Below, piece by piece: positions 19,976 through 29,592 of a stretch of DNA of 32,000 nucleotides. The DNA comes from Aquifex aeolicus VF5. GTDB lineage: Bacteria > Aquificota > Aquificia > Aquificales > Aquificaceae. The translations under genes and the position numbers were made by a program. Below the pieces are notes generated by a model. It did not search any database, was not told the DNA's origin, and saw only the letters and a list, made by a program, of their open reading frames with translations. Within the stretch, counting starts at the first letter, position 1; each line of letters begins with the position of its first letter. The DNA is taken from positions 510,001 through 542,000 of the forward strand of contig NC_000918.1 in assembly GCF_000008625.1 (NCBI RefSeq), given 5' to 3'.

Positions 19976-21418
19976 ATGTTTGGACTTGCCTTACTGATAA
20001 ACACTTTCTTTTTAGTTTTCAGAGTCCTTTACGTGCTTTTTTACCCCGTAGACCTCTCTCCGGAAGAGGCCCAGTACTGGGACTGGTCGAGACACCTTGA
20101 CCTCAGTTACTACTCTAAACCTCCAATGGTAGCCTACATGAACTTTTTGTCAACGCACGTCTTTGGAAATACAGAACTCGGAGTCAGGATAAACGCCATA
20201 CTTCTTTCTTTTCTGCTTTCCCTGATTACCTACTTCTTTGCCAAGAAGCTATTTTCCGAAAAGGTAGCATTTGTAGCCTCAGTTGTTCCCAATTTATTCA
20301 CAGGATTTTCAATAAACTCAGTCCTCTTTACAACAGATTCCCCTCTCATTTTCTTCTGGGCACTTTCTGTAATTTCCTTCTACTTTGCGATAGAAAAAAA
20401 TACCTTGAGCCTATGGATTTTGACGGGTGTTTTTTCGGGTCTTGCGTTCCTGAGCAAATACCCCGCTGTATTCCTCCTTCCCTTAGGGATTCTCTACCTT
20501 TATCTCACGAAAAAGGAACTTTTAAAAGATTTAAAGATATTCTCCTCTGTTCTGGTAGCCTTTTTAATTGCCCTTCCCGTTCTCATATGGAACGCAAAGC
20601 ATGATTTTATCTCCTTCAAGCATGTCAGCAACCTGGCACAAAAGCACGCCCACTTCCCGAACTTTTCTACCTTTTTTGAGTACTTGGGAGGACAGGTTTT
20701 ACTGCTCTCGGTCATTCCCTTCTTCTTCGTTTTATACGGTTGGGTAAGAACTTTTAAGGAAAGAAACAAAAGACTTATATTTTTAACCACTTTCTCCCTG
20801 CCGGTTTTCCTGTTTTTTGCTTTTCTTTCTCTGAAAAAGAGGGTTTACGCTAACTGGGCTGGGTTCGGATACTACACGGCTTCAATACTCTTTGCCTACT
20901 ACTTTTTAAAATCACCTAAATCTTTGAAATTTCTAACCTTAATCCTCTCTGCATTTTTAACCCTTCTCTTACACTTCACACCTTTGTTTGATTACCTCGG
21001 CTTGAGAAATCTCCTTCCTCCCAAAAGGGATCCCGCAAAGTTATTAGTAGGCTGGGAAGATCTCGGAAAGGAAGTTGGAAGGTTTTACACGGGGAAAGAA
21101 CTTATATTCTCAACCGCTTACCAGATTTCCGCGGAGCTCGCCTTTTACGTTCCGGGAAATCCGAGAACTTACGTTTTTCACGTAAACAGGTACACCCAGT
21201 ACTACCTCTGGAGGGAAGGACTGAAAAACTTCAAGGGTAAAGATGCCGTATTCGTGAGCTACGGAGGCGTCCCGAAGGAAGTTATGAGAAGTTTTGAAGG
21301 AAAAGAGTTTTTAAAGGAAGTGAGGGTGGTGTGGAGAAACCAGGTTGTAAGAAAGTTTTATATTTATAAACTGAAAAACTTTAAGGGCGAGTTTTATGAA
21401 AATCCCAAGGGGTATTAA
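19976..21418 (+). CDS. GT-C superfamily membrane glycosyltransferase (ArnT/PMT-like)
   Basis: 480 aa; PVDLSPEEAQYWDWSRHLDLSYYSKPPMVAYM, the catalytic-loop motif of ArnT-like enzymes, followed by many transmembrane helices. Confidence 0.88.
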   Translation: MFGLALLINTFFLVFRVLYVLFYPVDLSPEEAQYWDWSRHLDLSYYSKPPMVAYMNFLSTHVFGNTELGVRINAILLSFLLSLITYFFAKKLFSEKVAFVASVVPNLFTGFSINSVLFTTDSPLIFFWALSVISFYFAIEKNTLSLWILTGVFSGLAFLSKYPAVFLLPLGILYLYLTKKELLKDLKIFSSVLVAFLIALPVLIWNAKHDFISFKHVSNLAQKHAHFPNFSTFFEYLGGQVLLLSVIPFFFVLYGWVRTFKERNKRLIFLTTFSLPVFLFFAFLSLKKRVYANWAGFGYYTASILFAYYFLKSPKSLKFLTLILSAFLTLLLHFTPLFDYLGLRNLLPPKRDPAKLLVGWEDLGKEVGRFYTGKELIFSTAYQISAELAFYVPGNPRTYVFHVNRYTQYYLWREGLKNFKGKDAVFVSYGGVPKEVMRSFEGKEFLKEVRVVWRNQVVRKFYIYKLKNFKGEFYENPKGY

Positions 21419-22250
21419 GATCATCTTGAGATGGGTTGTCACTCTTTACATTTATGGCTTTATCCTTTACCAGATAACGCCCTTTTCTTACTTTGAAACC
21501 TACATTCCCGAAGAGAGACTCGCTCCCAAGCCTTACGTTGAAAGGATTTTTTACCTTTTCGGCGTAAAGTCAAATGAGTACCCGTCAAAAGAGGTTCTTG
21601 AATTCTTAAAAAGCATGGACGTGGATCTCGTTTACGGATTTTTTCCTTTTGAAGATTACGGGATATTTAAGAATTCTTTAAAGGCTCCGGAATGTCACTT
21701 AATCTACACCTCGGAAATTTCTACTTTTCACAGGATTTTGAACTTTCTTTTTGATTACGTTCCCAAAAAGATAACGGGGAATGAAACGAGAACCTTTCAT
21801 TACTTCATTAAGCCTAAGTTAGGCAAGTGCAACGTAATAGTTCAGGACGTTTACCTTTCACCAAACTTTTTAGACTTCAAACTTGATCACTCTAGAAACA
21901 TGGTTTACAAAAGGCTCTGGGAGGATTTACAGCTGGAACAGAACGTAATTACAAACGGGAGGAAAAGCGTTGACGTTTACGCTTACTCAACGAAAAGTAT
22001 GTATTATCCTAGCGAAAGCACAATATACCCCTTTAAACTCTACGCAAAGAGTAACGAAGAAAAAACCTTAATAATCGTTTACAGGGACGGAAAAGTTTAC
22101 AGGATTTACGACGAAAGGAGCACAGTTTTGAAAATTAATAAACCCGGAAAGTACTCCGTAAAGATACTCACTTACGCCTTTTCGTGGGAGGGGTATTACT
22201 TCGGCCTCAGGACGATTGCTTACTCCGCACCGATAACCCTTTTATATTAA
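21396..22250 (+). CDS. Uncharacterised protein with N-terminal transmembrane anchor (284 aa)
   Basis: ORF overlaps the glycosyltransferase by 23 nt; IILRWVVTLYIYGFILYQITPF anchor, C-terminal beta-rich KINKPGKYSVKILTYAFSWEGYYFGLRTIAYSAPITLLY. Confidence 0.75.
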   Translation: MKIPRGIKIILRWVVTLYIYGFILYQITPFSYFETYIPEERLAPKPYVERIFYLFGVKSNEYPSKEVLEFLKSMDVDLVYGFFPFEDYGIFKNSLKAPECHLIYTSEISTFHRILNFLFDYVPKKITGNETRTFHYFIKPKLGKCNVIVQDVYLSPNFLDFKLDHSRNMVYKRLWEDLQLEQNVITNGRKSVDVYAYSTKSMYYPSESTIYPFKLYAKSNEEKTLIIVYRDGKVYRIYDERSTVLKINKPGKYSVKILTYAFSWEGYYFGLRTIAYSAPITLLY

Positions 22251-22256
22251 GTTAGA

Positions 22257-22823
22257 ATGAAAGTTGTGAGGGCTTTTGTTGGTTTTTTCACGAGCAAATC
22301 CATAAACGAGGTAGCGGAAAGGATAAAAAAGGAAGTGGATTTAAAAATTATGGGAAAGTGGGTGGAACCCCAAAACGTCCACATGACGCTCCAGTTCCTC
22401 GGGGACATCACAGAAGCCCAAGCTATAGAGGTGATTAAAAATTTACAGGAAATCTCAAAGAAGAACATACCCTTCAGGATTAAGTACAAAGGTCTCGGCG
22501 TATTTCCCGACGTCAAAAGACCGAGGGTCCTCTGGATTGGTGTATCGGAAGGGGCAAACAAGTTGACAAATCTCGCAAAGGAAGTGGCAAGACTAAACGC
22601 AAAGAAGGGTATTATCCCGAAAAATTCTAAGAACTTCGTTCCCCACGTTACGATATGCAGGATAAAGTCCTACGACAGGAAAACCTTAAACGAACTCCTC
22701 AGGAAGTACAGAACAGTTGAGTTTGGTGAAGACGAGGTAAACAAGATAGCCCTCATTTCCAGTACACTCACGTCCGTGGGACCCATATACACGGTGGTTG
22801 AGGAGTTTTACCTCGGAGGGTGA
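22257..22823 (+). CDS. thpR: RNA 2',3'-cyclic phosphodiesterase (LigT/ThpR family)
   Basis: 188 aa; paired HxTx motifs HMTLQFLG and HVTICR, plus VRAFVGF...KSINE and VEEFYL. Confidence 0.92.
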   Translation: MKVVRAFVGFFTSKSINEVAERIKKEVDLKIMGKWVEPQNVHMTLQFLGDITEAQAIEVIKNLQEISKKNIPFRIKYKGLGVFPDVKRPRVLWIGVSEGANKLTNLAKEVARLNAKKGIIPKNSKNFVPHVTICRIKSYDRKTLNELLRKYRTVEFGEDEVNKIALISSTLTSVGPIYTVVEEFYLGG

Positions 22824-23821
22824 ATATGGTCACCTACAGGTCTGCGGGAGTTGACATAGACAAGGCGAACGAGTTCGTGAAGTTCATAAAAGAAAAGGTA
22901 AAAAAAGAGTTTAATCTGGAAGAATTCGGAGGATTTGCGAGCGGTTTCCCGATAAAGGGTTATAAAAAACCCATTCTCTTTTCCACAACAGACGGCGTAG
23001 GAACGAAACTCAAAGTAGCACAGGCTGTGGGTGTTCACAATACCGTGGGAATAGATCTCGTTGCGATGAACGTAAACGACCTGATAACCACGGGGGCGGA
23101 CCCCTTCATATTTCTGGACTACATAGCCACGGGAAAGCTGGATCTTGAAGTTATGAAACAGGTAATGGAGGGGATTATAAAGGGCTGCAGGGAGGGAGAG
23201 GTAATTCTCGCAGGCGGTGAGACTGCGGAGATGCCCGGATTTTACCCGGAAGGGGTTTACGACCTTGCAGGCTTTTGCGTTGGACTTTGTGAGGAAGATG
23301 AAGTAATTACGGGTAAAGAAATAAAGCCCGGGGACCTTCTTTTAGGACTTCCTTCTTCTGGATTTCACAGTAACGGATACTCTCTCATAAGGAAAGTTCT
23401 TGAGATGAACAACGTTTCCTATGAGGATTACGTGGAAGAGCTCGGCAAAAAAGTGTGGGAAGTTTTACTCGTCCCCACGAGGATATACGTAAAGGAAATT
23501 AAAAAACTTAAAAAGAATGTAAAAATTAAGGGGATAGCCCACATAACGGGCGGAGGAATTCCCGAAAACCTGATAAGGATACTTCCCGAGGGAACAAAGG
23601 CTGTAGTTTACAAAAAGAACATTCCACAAAACCCCGTGTTTTCCTGGATTCAAAGACTCGGAAATGTAGAGGAAAGGGAAATGTTCAGGACCTTTAACAT
23701 GGGCGTGGGAATGATAGTTATTCTGGACAAAGAAGAGTTTGATAAGGCAAGGGAGTTAATACCGGAGTCCTTTTACTTGGGTGAAATCCTTGCGGGAAGA
23801 AAGGAAGTGGAAATCCTGTAG
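22820..23821 (+). CDS. purM: Phosphoribosylformylglycinamidine cyclo-ligase (AIR synthetase)
   Basis: 333 aa; YRSAGVDIDKANEF, TTDGVGTKLKVAQ, HNTVGIDLVAMNVNDL, GAEPFIFLDY-like segment, GGETAEMPGFY, ITGGGIPENL. Confidence 0.96.
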   Translation: MNMVTYRSAGVDIDKANEFVKFIKEKVKKEFNLEEFGGFASGFPIKGYKKPILFSTTDGVGTKLKVAQAVGVHNTVGIDLVAMNVNDLITTGADPFIFLDYIATGKLDLEVMKQVMEGIIKGCREGEVILAGGETAEMPGFYPEGVYDLAGFCVGLCEEDEVITGKEIKPGDLLLGLPSSGFHSNGYSLIRKVLEMNNVSYEDYVEELGKKVWEVLLVPTRIYVKEIKKLKKNVKIKGIAHITGGGIPENLIRILPEGTKAVVYKKNIPQNPVFSWIQRLGNVEEREMFRTFNMGVGMIVILDKEEFDKARELIPESFYLGEILAGRKEVEIL

Positions 23822-23952
23822 CCCGTCTTTCTTTCGCTCTTTTGCTTTTGTTTAAAGTGGTAATAAGCGTAAGCCATAACTATAAAGAAAAAAATTAAGG
23901 TTGCTATCCTTACCCACCTCTTGAAGCGGGCGTACTTAAACTGGTCCGACAT
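23773..23952 (-). CDS. Small single-pass membrane protein (59 aa)
   Basis: MSDQFKYARFKRWVRIATLIFFFIVMAYAYYHFKQKQKSERK...; basic N-terminus then hydrophobic helix. Track start is 24036; a start at 23952 is more plausible but no clear ribosome binding site is seen. Confidence 0.5.
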   Translation of the reverse strand: MSDQFKYARFKRWVRIATLIFFFIVMAYAYYHFKQKQKSERKTGYRISTSFLPARISPK

Positions 23953-23977
23953 GGTTTTTATTTTAGAATAAAGACCC

Positions 23978-24825
23978 ATGTTTAGTATGACCGGTTTCGG
24001 AAAAGGAGAAGCAGAAAGCGAAAACTGGAAAGTCACCGTTATGATGCGTTCCCTTAATGGGAAGGGACTGGACGTATCCCTGAGAATGCCACCCTTCTTA
24101 ATGCCTATGGAGCTTGAACTAAAGAACGAAATAAAGAAACACCTTCGCAGGGGAACGGTAACGGTTTACATAGACCTTGAACAAAAAGTGGTAAAACCAC
24201 CCATTGACGTTGAAAAATTAAAGGCGAACGTTGAGATGTTAAGGGAACTCTCAAACTCCGTTGGACTTTCTCCCACCGACGACAAAATCCTTGACTACGC
24301 TTGGAGGTATTCGGAAAAAGCGGAAATAGAACTGGACGAAGAACTTAAAAATGTCGTAATGGAAGCCCTGAGGAAGGCTATACAGGAACTCCTTGAGAGC
24401 AGAAAGAAGGAAGGGGAGCACTTAAAAAAGATTTAACGGAGAGGATAAGGAAAATAGAAGAAATCGTGAACGTTCTGGACAGGAAGAAGGAGGAGTTCAA
24501 GGAAAGGATAAAAGAGAGAGTTCTGGAGAGGGCAAAGGCACTGAACCTTCCCGAAGAACACCCGACGGTTTTAAACGAACTCATGTTTTTGCTTGAGAAG
24601 TACGACGTTAATGAGGAAGTTCAGAGACTGAAAGCTCACGTAGAACGCTTTAAAAAACTCCTTGAGAGTGAAGGAGAAGTTGGAAAGAAGCTTGAATTTC
24701 TTGCACAGGAGATGCACAGGGAAATAACTACTCTTGGGAACAAAATTCCCGACTTTTCCGAGTACACGGTTGAAGTCAAAGCTGAGATTGACAAGATAAA
24801 GCAACAGGCTGCAAACGTGGAATAA
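23978..24825 (+). CDS. yicC: YicC-family endoribonuclease, split into 0-frame (23978..24436) and -1-frame (to 24825) parts
   Basis: ORF1 MFSMTGFGKGEAESENW... and ORF2 ...FLAQEMHREITTLGNKIPD are the two ends of one YicC protein. Joining them by -1 shift at A AAA AAG (24424..24430) gives a continuous ~282-aa protein (...KKEGEHLKKDLTERIRKIEEIVNVLDRKK...). Confidence 0.85.
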
Positions 24826-24836
24826 CTTTTATCCTT

Positions 24837-25613
24837 ATGAGGCTTGACAAGTATTTGACCGACAAGGGTATAGTCCCCTCACGGGAAAAGGCACAGGCGG
24901 TAATAATGGCGGGACAGGTGCTCGTAAACGGAAAAGTAGTTGACAAACCCGGATACAGATTAAAGGGGAACGAAAAGGTAGAGGTAAAGGAACTCCCCAA
25001 ATACGTTTCCAGAGGCGGGGAAAAACTTGAATGGGCGATAAAGAGGTTTTCCTTAGATTTAAAGGATAAAGTCGTTCTGGACGTTGGTTCTTCCACAGGA
25101 GGCTTTACGGACTGCGCCCTTCAACACGGGGCGAAAAAGGTTTACGCGGTAGACGTCGGAAGGGGACAAATGGACTACAAACTAAGGCAGGACCCGAGAG
25201 TAGTACTCTATGAGGAAACGGACGCAAGAGAACTCTCAGAAGAACACGTTCCCGAAAAGGTTGACCTCATAACCTGTGACGTTTCCTTTATATCCTCCAC
25301 GAAAGTTCTTCCAAACGTATTTAAGTTCTTAAAAGAAGACGGACTCCTTTTAGTTCTTGTAAAGCCCCAGTTTGAACTCTGTCCGAGGAAAGTAAAAAAG
25401 GGAGTAGTCAGGGAAAAAGAACACAAGAGGGAAGCCCTGCAAAAGGTAGTAAACTTCCTAAAAGAGAACGGCTTTAGAATACTCGGAGTTATAAAGTCAA
25501 AGCCGAAGGGCACTAAGGGAAATGAGGAATTTTTCGTTTTGGCTGGGAGAAAAGGGGAGGAAGTAAACTTATCCGAGGCGATAGAGAAAGCCCTTGAGGA
25601 GGTAGTGGATTGA
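24837..25613 (+). CDS. tlyA: TlyA-family rRNA methyltransferase / hemolysin A
   Basis: 258 aa; N-terminal S4 domain MRLDKYLTDKGIVPSREKAQAVIMAGQVLVNG, LDVGSSTGGFTDCALQHGAKKVYAVDVG, VTCDVSFIS-like segment, KPQFE. Confidence 0.93.
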   Translation: MRLDKYLTDKGIVPSREKAQAVIMAGQVLVNGKVVDKPGYRLKGNEKVEVKELPKYVSRGGEKLEWAIKRFSLDLKDKVVLDVGSSTGGFTDCALQHGAKKVYAVDVGRGQMDYKLRQDPRVVLYEETDARELSEEHVPEKVDLITCDVSFISSTKVLPNVFKFLKEDGLLLVLVKPQFELCPRKVKKGVVREKEHKREALQKVVNFLKENGFRILGVIKSKPKGTKGNEEFFVLAGRKGEEVNLSEAIEKALEEVVD

Positions 25614-26590
25614 GGCGTTTTTTAATCCTCCTGTACGTGTTCCTTGTAAGTTCAGTTCTCGGCTTTATAGCCTTTGAGATATTCACACCCCTTTACGTTC
25701 CAAAGAAAACCGTTGAAATAAAGTACGGGACTCCCGTTCCGGAAATAGCCCAGATTTTAGAAGAAAATAAAGTTATAAAGAACAAGTACTACTTTCTCAT
25801 ACTCCACGCCTTTAAGAGGGGAAAGCTGGAAGCGGGCGAGTACGAGTTTGAAGGGTGGTTGAGCACGTACGACGTTTACAAAATCCTTGAAGAGGGAAAG
25901 GCAAAACTCTACAAGGTTACTGTAAAGGAAGGTTACGACGTATTTGACATAGCAAAAGTTCTGGAAGAAAACGGAATTTGTAAAGAAGAAGACTTTTTGA
26001 AGTACGCCCTTTCGGAAGAGGTTGCGAGGAAGTATAACTTGAGCGTGCCCTCCATGGAGGGTTTTCTCTTTCCGGATACATATTACCTTTCCAGGAATAT
26101 GCACCCCTTAAAGGTTATAGACATTATGTACAAAAACTTCCTCGAAAAAACGGAAGAAATGAGAATGGAACTGAGGAAAAAGCACATATCTCTGGAAACC
26201 TGGGTAACGGTTGCCTCAATGGTCGAAAAGGAAACCCACCTGGATGAAGAAAAACCCCTTATAGCAGCGGTGATATACAACAGGCTGAAAAAAGGAATGA
26301 AGCTCCAGATAGACCCTACCGTTATATACGTTGCGAAAAGAAGAGGTATATGGAAGGGGGAACTCTACAAGAGTCTTTATAAAATAGACGACCCTTACAA
26401 CACTTACATGTACTACGGACTTCCGCCGGGACCAATATCTAACCCCGGACTTTCTTCACTAAGGGCAGCGCTCTACCCTGCGAAGGTAAATTACCTGTAC
26501 TTTGTAGCAAAACCCGGATACAAGGGACACCTTTTTGCTGAAACTTACCTTGAACACCTCAGGAATATGAGAAGGGTAGGAAGACGCTAA
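25610..26590 (+). CDS. mltG: Endolytic murein transglycosylase MltG (YceG-like)
   Basis: 326 aa; N-terminal transmembrane helix, [80 protein letters not shown]; TTG start overlapping the tlyA stop. Confidence 0.94.
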
Positions 26591-28125
26591 AGCTCAAAAA
26601 GGTCCCTCGTTATTATTGTGTCCCTTCTGTAAACTTCCCTTTCTGTAGGGTAGTCCTTCCTGTAGTGTACTCCCCTGCTTTCCTTTCTCATGAGTGCTCC
26701 TTCAACGGTGCAAAGAGCCACGAGGAGTATGTCGTAAAGTTGCCTGTTTTGCGGTGTAGGTTCCCAGTGTTTTGCCTGTGAAAGCACACTAAGAATTCGT
26801 TTTTTTACGTAAGTTAACCCCTCTTCGTCCCTTTCAAGACCTACGTAATTCCACATGAGTTTTTTTAGCTCTTCTATACCCAAGTTCGGCTTATCACTTC
26901 CTGCTCTCTCAGAGCGAAAGTTCACTTTTGAGGGTTTTAAAATTTTTAAATCTAAGTAAACCTGATAGGCTGTCCTGTGACCGAAAACCACACCTTCCAG
27001 GAGAGAGTTGGAAGCGAGTCTGTTTGCCCCATGAATTCCCGTACAACTGCACTCACCCACCGCGTACAAACCTTGTATTGAGGTTCTTCCTCTGTCGTCT
27101 ACCTCTATACCGCCTATATAGTAGTGGGCTGCTGGGATAATAGGCACGGGCTCTCTGTAGGGGTCGTACCCTCTTTCCCTTAAAAAGCTGTATATAGTCG
27201 GGAAACGCTCCTCTATCTTAATACCCTTTTGTGCAACGGGTCTCAGGTCTAAGTAAACCTCCCTTCCCCGTTTTATCTGGTTATATATAGCTCTTGCAAC
27301 TTCATCTCTCGGGAGGAGCTCGTTTACAAACCTCTCTCCCCTGTCGTTCACGAGAATTGCACCCTCTCCCCTAACCGCCTCGGATATCAGTAAGTTCGTT
27401 CCCTTCAGGACCGTGGGGTGGAACTGGACAAATTCGGGGTTCTTAACGGTAGCCCCCATTCTGAAAGCGATTCCTATCGCATCTCCCCTGACTTTCTTAG
27501 GGTTAGAAGTGTAGTAGTACATAGACGCGGCACCGCCCGTTGCCAGAATTAGGAGGGGTGTGCGTATGAACTTTAGACTACCTTCTTCGGAGTAAATTAC
27601 CCCCTGAACCCCATTCTCCTCAATTATTATTTCCTGAAGTTCTCCGTGAAGGATTTTTATTCCTAGTTCTTCCGTCTTTTTCAAGAGTTTCGTATATATC
27701 TCCCTTCCCGTGTAGTCTTTTACTTTCAACACTCTGGGTTTTGAGTGCCCTCCCTCCAGAGTAGTCTCGTAAAATCCGTTTTTCTTATCAAAATCTACAC
27801 CCCATCTTTCTAAATCAAGTATCCTGAAGATGCCTTCGTAGGTTAGGAGTTTTGTATGGAGTTCGTGGTTTAAGTACCTTCCGGCCCTCAGGGTATCACA
27901 GTAGTGAAGGTAAGGGCTGTCATCGGGGAGCACTGCAGCGGCTATCCCACCCTGGGAATAGTAAGTGTTCCCGATACCTCGCGTTAAGATTAGAGGTTCA
28001 ATCCCGAGTTCTTTTAGAGAAATTGCGGTAGCAAGACCTCCGATACCGCTCCCGCATATTAGAACTTTCGCTTCTTCTTCAGGTAAAAGAGAAGTATCAA
28101 ACCTTAGAAAGTAGTTCATTCTCAA
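26587..28125 (-). CDS. nadB: L-aspartate oxidase
   Basis: 512 aa; [99 protein letters not shown]. Confidence 0.95.
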
Positions 28126-29083
28126 GAATTTTTAGTATAACCTCCGTGAGTTTTTGAGGGTCGTGTCTCACAAAATCTCCGCTTTCTCCTATCAGGTTCT
28201 CCGCATAAACGGTTATGCCTTCTCTTCCTATTCTTCCGACATCCGGAGTCACGGGTTCCTGATTCTGCTCCAGGTATTTCTTTAAAAGACCGTTTGAGGG
28301 CATCTGTGTATTTACAACTGCAACGTCAACGAGGTCTATACCCGAGAACTTCAAGAAAGTGTCTATATGATCCCACGCGGTAAAGTTGTCCGTTTCACCA
28401 GGTTGGGTCATAACGTTTACGACGAAAACCTTCAAAGCTCTGCTTTCCTTCACCGCTTCCCTTATCTGGGGAACTAAGAAGTTGGGGAGGATGCTCGTAA
28501 AGAGACTGCCTGGACCTATTATTATGAGATCCGCTTCCTTTATCCTTTCTATCGCCTCCTCGGGAGCTTTCGGGTTTTTTGGTTCGAGCCATATATTTAC
28601 TACTTTGTGGCCCTTCTTTCCGTACTCCGTTATTTCCTCTTCTCCCTTAATGACTTTTCCGTCGTCAAATTCCGCGACGAGGTTTACGTTTTCGTAGGTG
28701 GAGGGAATTATATCCCCTTTGGTCTTTAGAATTTTAGAAGTTTCTTTTATGGCTTTCAGAAAGCTTCCCGTGATGTCCGTAAGGGCAGTAAGAAATAAAT
28801 TCCCAAAGGCATGACCTTCCAGTCCGTCTCCCTTAAACCTGTACTGGAATAGCTTTTGCATAAGTTCTTCCGCGTCCGAAAGGGCTACTATGCAGTTCCT
28901 GATATCCCCGGGAGCGGGTATGTTGTATATCTTCCTGAGCCTTCCCGTGCTTCCCCCACTGTCTGCAACGGTAACGATGGCGGATAGTCTACCTATGCTC
29001 CTTCCAACTTCTATTTTCAAACCTCTAAGAAGGGAAGAAAGCCCGGTGCCTCCTCCTATAGCAACTACGTTTACCTTTTTCAT
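28097..29083 (-). CDS. YvcK/CofD-like protein (gluconeogenesis factor family)
   Basis: 328 aa; [72 protein letters not shown]. Confidence 0.9.
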
Positions 29084-29592
29084 ATTATCCCCTCAATAAG
29101 GATTTTAATCTCCTGACCTCCGAGTTTAACACTTATTTCTCTATAGTAACCTTCTTTACTCTTTTCTCCGTAAATAATTTCCAGATTTTTGTACTTCACC
29201 GCCTTCAGTCTTTTACCTTCCAGTATTATTTCTTTTCCGTCTCGGGAAACCAGGGTAACAGTTTGGTTGCATTCTTTTATCCGATAATCGCCGGGAAAGT
29301 AACCGTAAATGAAGTTACTGGGTAATTCGGGAAGTTCAAAACACACACCTTGAAAGCAAAGTAAAGAAGTGTCAAAAATTACAACATCTCCCGGTGTTTT
29401 TATTTTTTCATCGTATCCGTTTTTCTCAAATACAAAGGGAATTCTCAGAATGGGAGTTTTTACGTAGCCGTACAGTTTTGCTTTCTCGGGCGGCTTTTGG
29501 AAAACTCTGTTTAGTATTTCTTTGGGTTTCGGGCATATCTTGGGAGCACAGGAAATTATTAAGAGCAAAATAAAGGGAATTAATCTAATCAT
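29080..29592 (-). CDS. Uncharacterised lipoprotein (170 aa)
   Basis: N-terminus [18 protein letters not shown] is a lipoprotein signal with a Cys; overlaps flanking CDSs by 4 and 8 nt. Confidence 0.75.

Noticed and set aside
24466-24825. Second half of yicC as an independent gene
   Set aside because: It corresponds to the C-terminal half of YicC and in-frame coding similarity extends upstream to 24430, so it is better read as part of a frameshifted gene.
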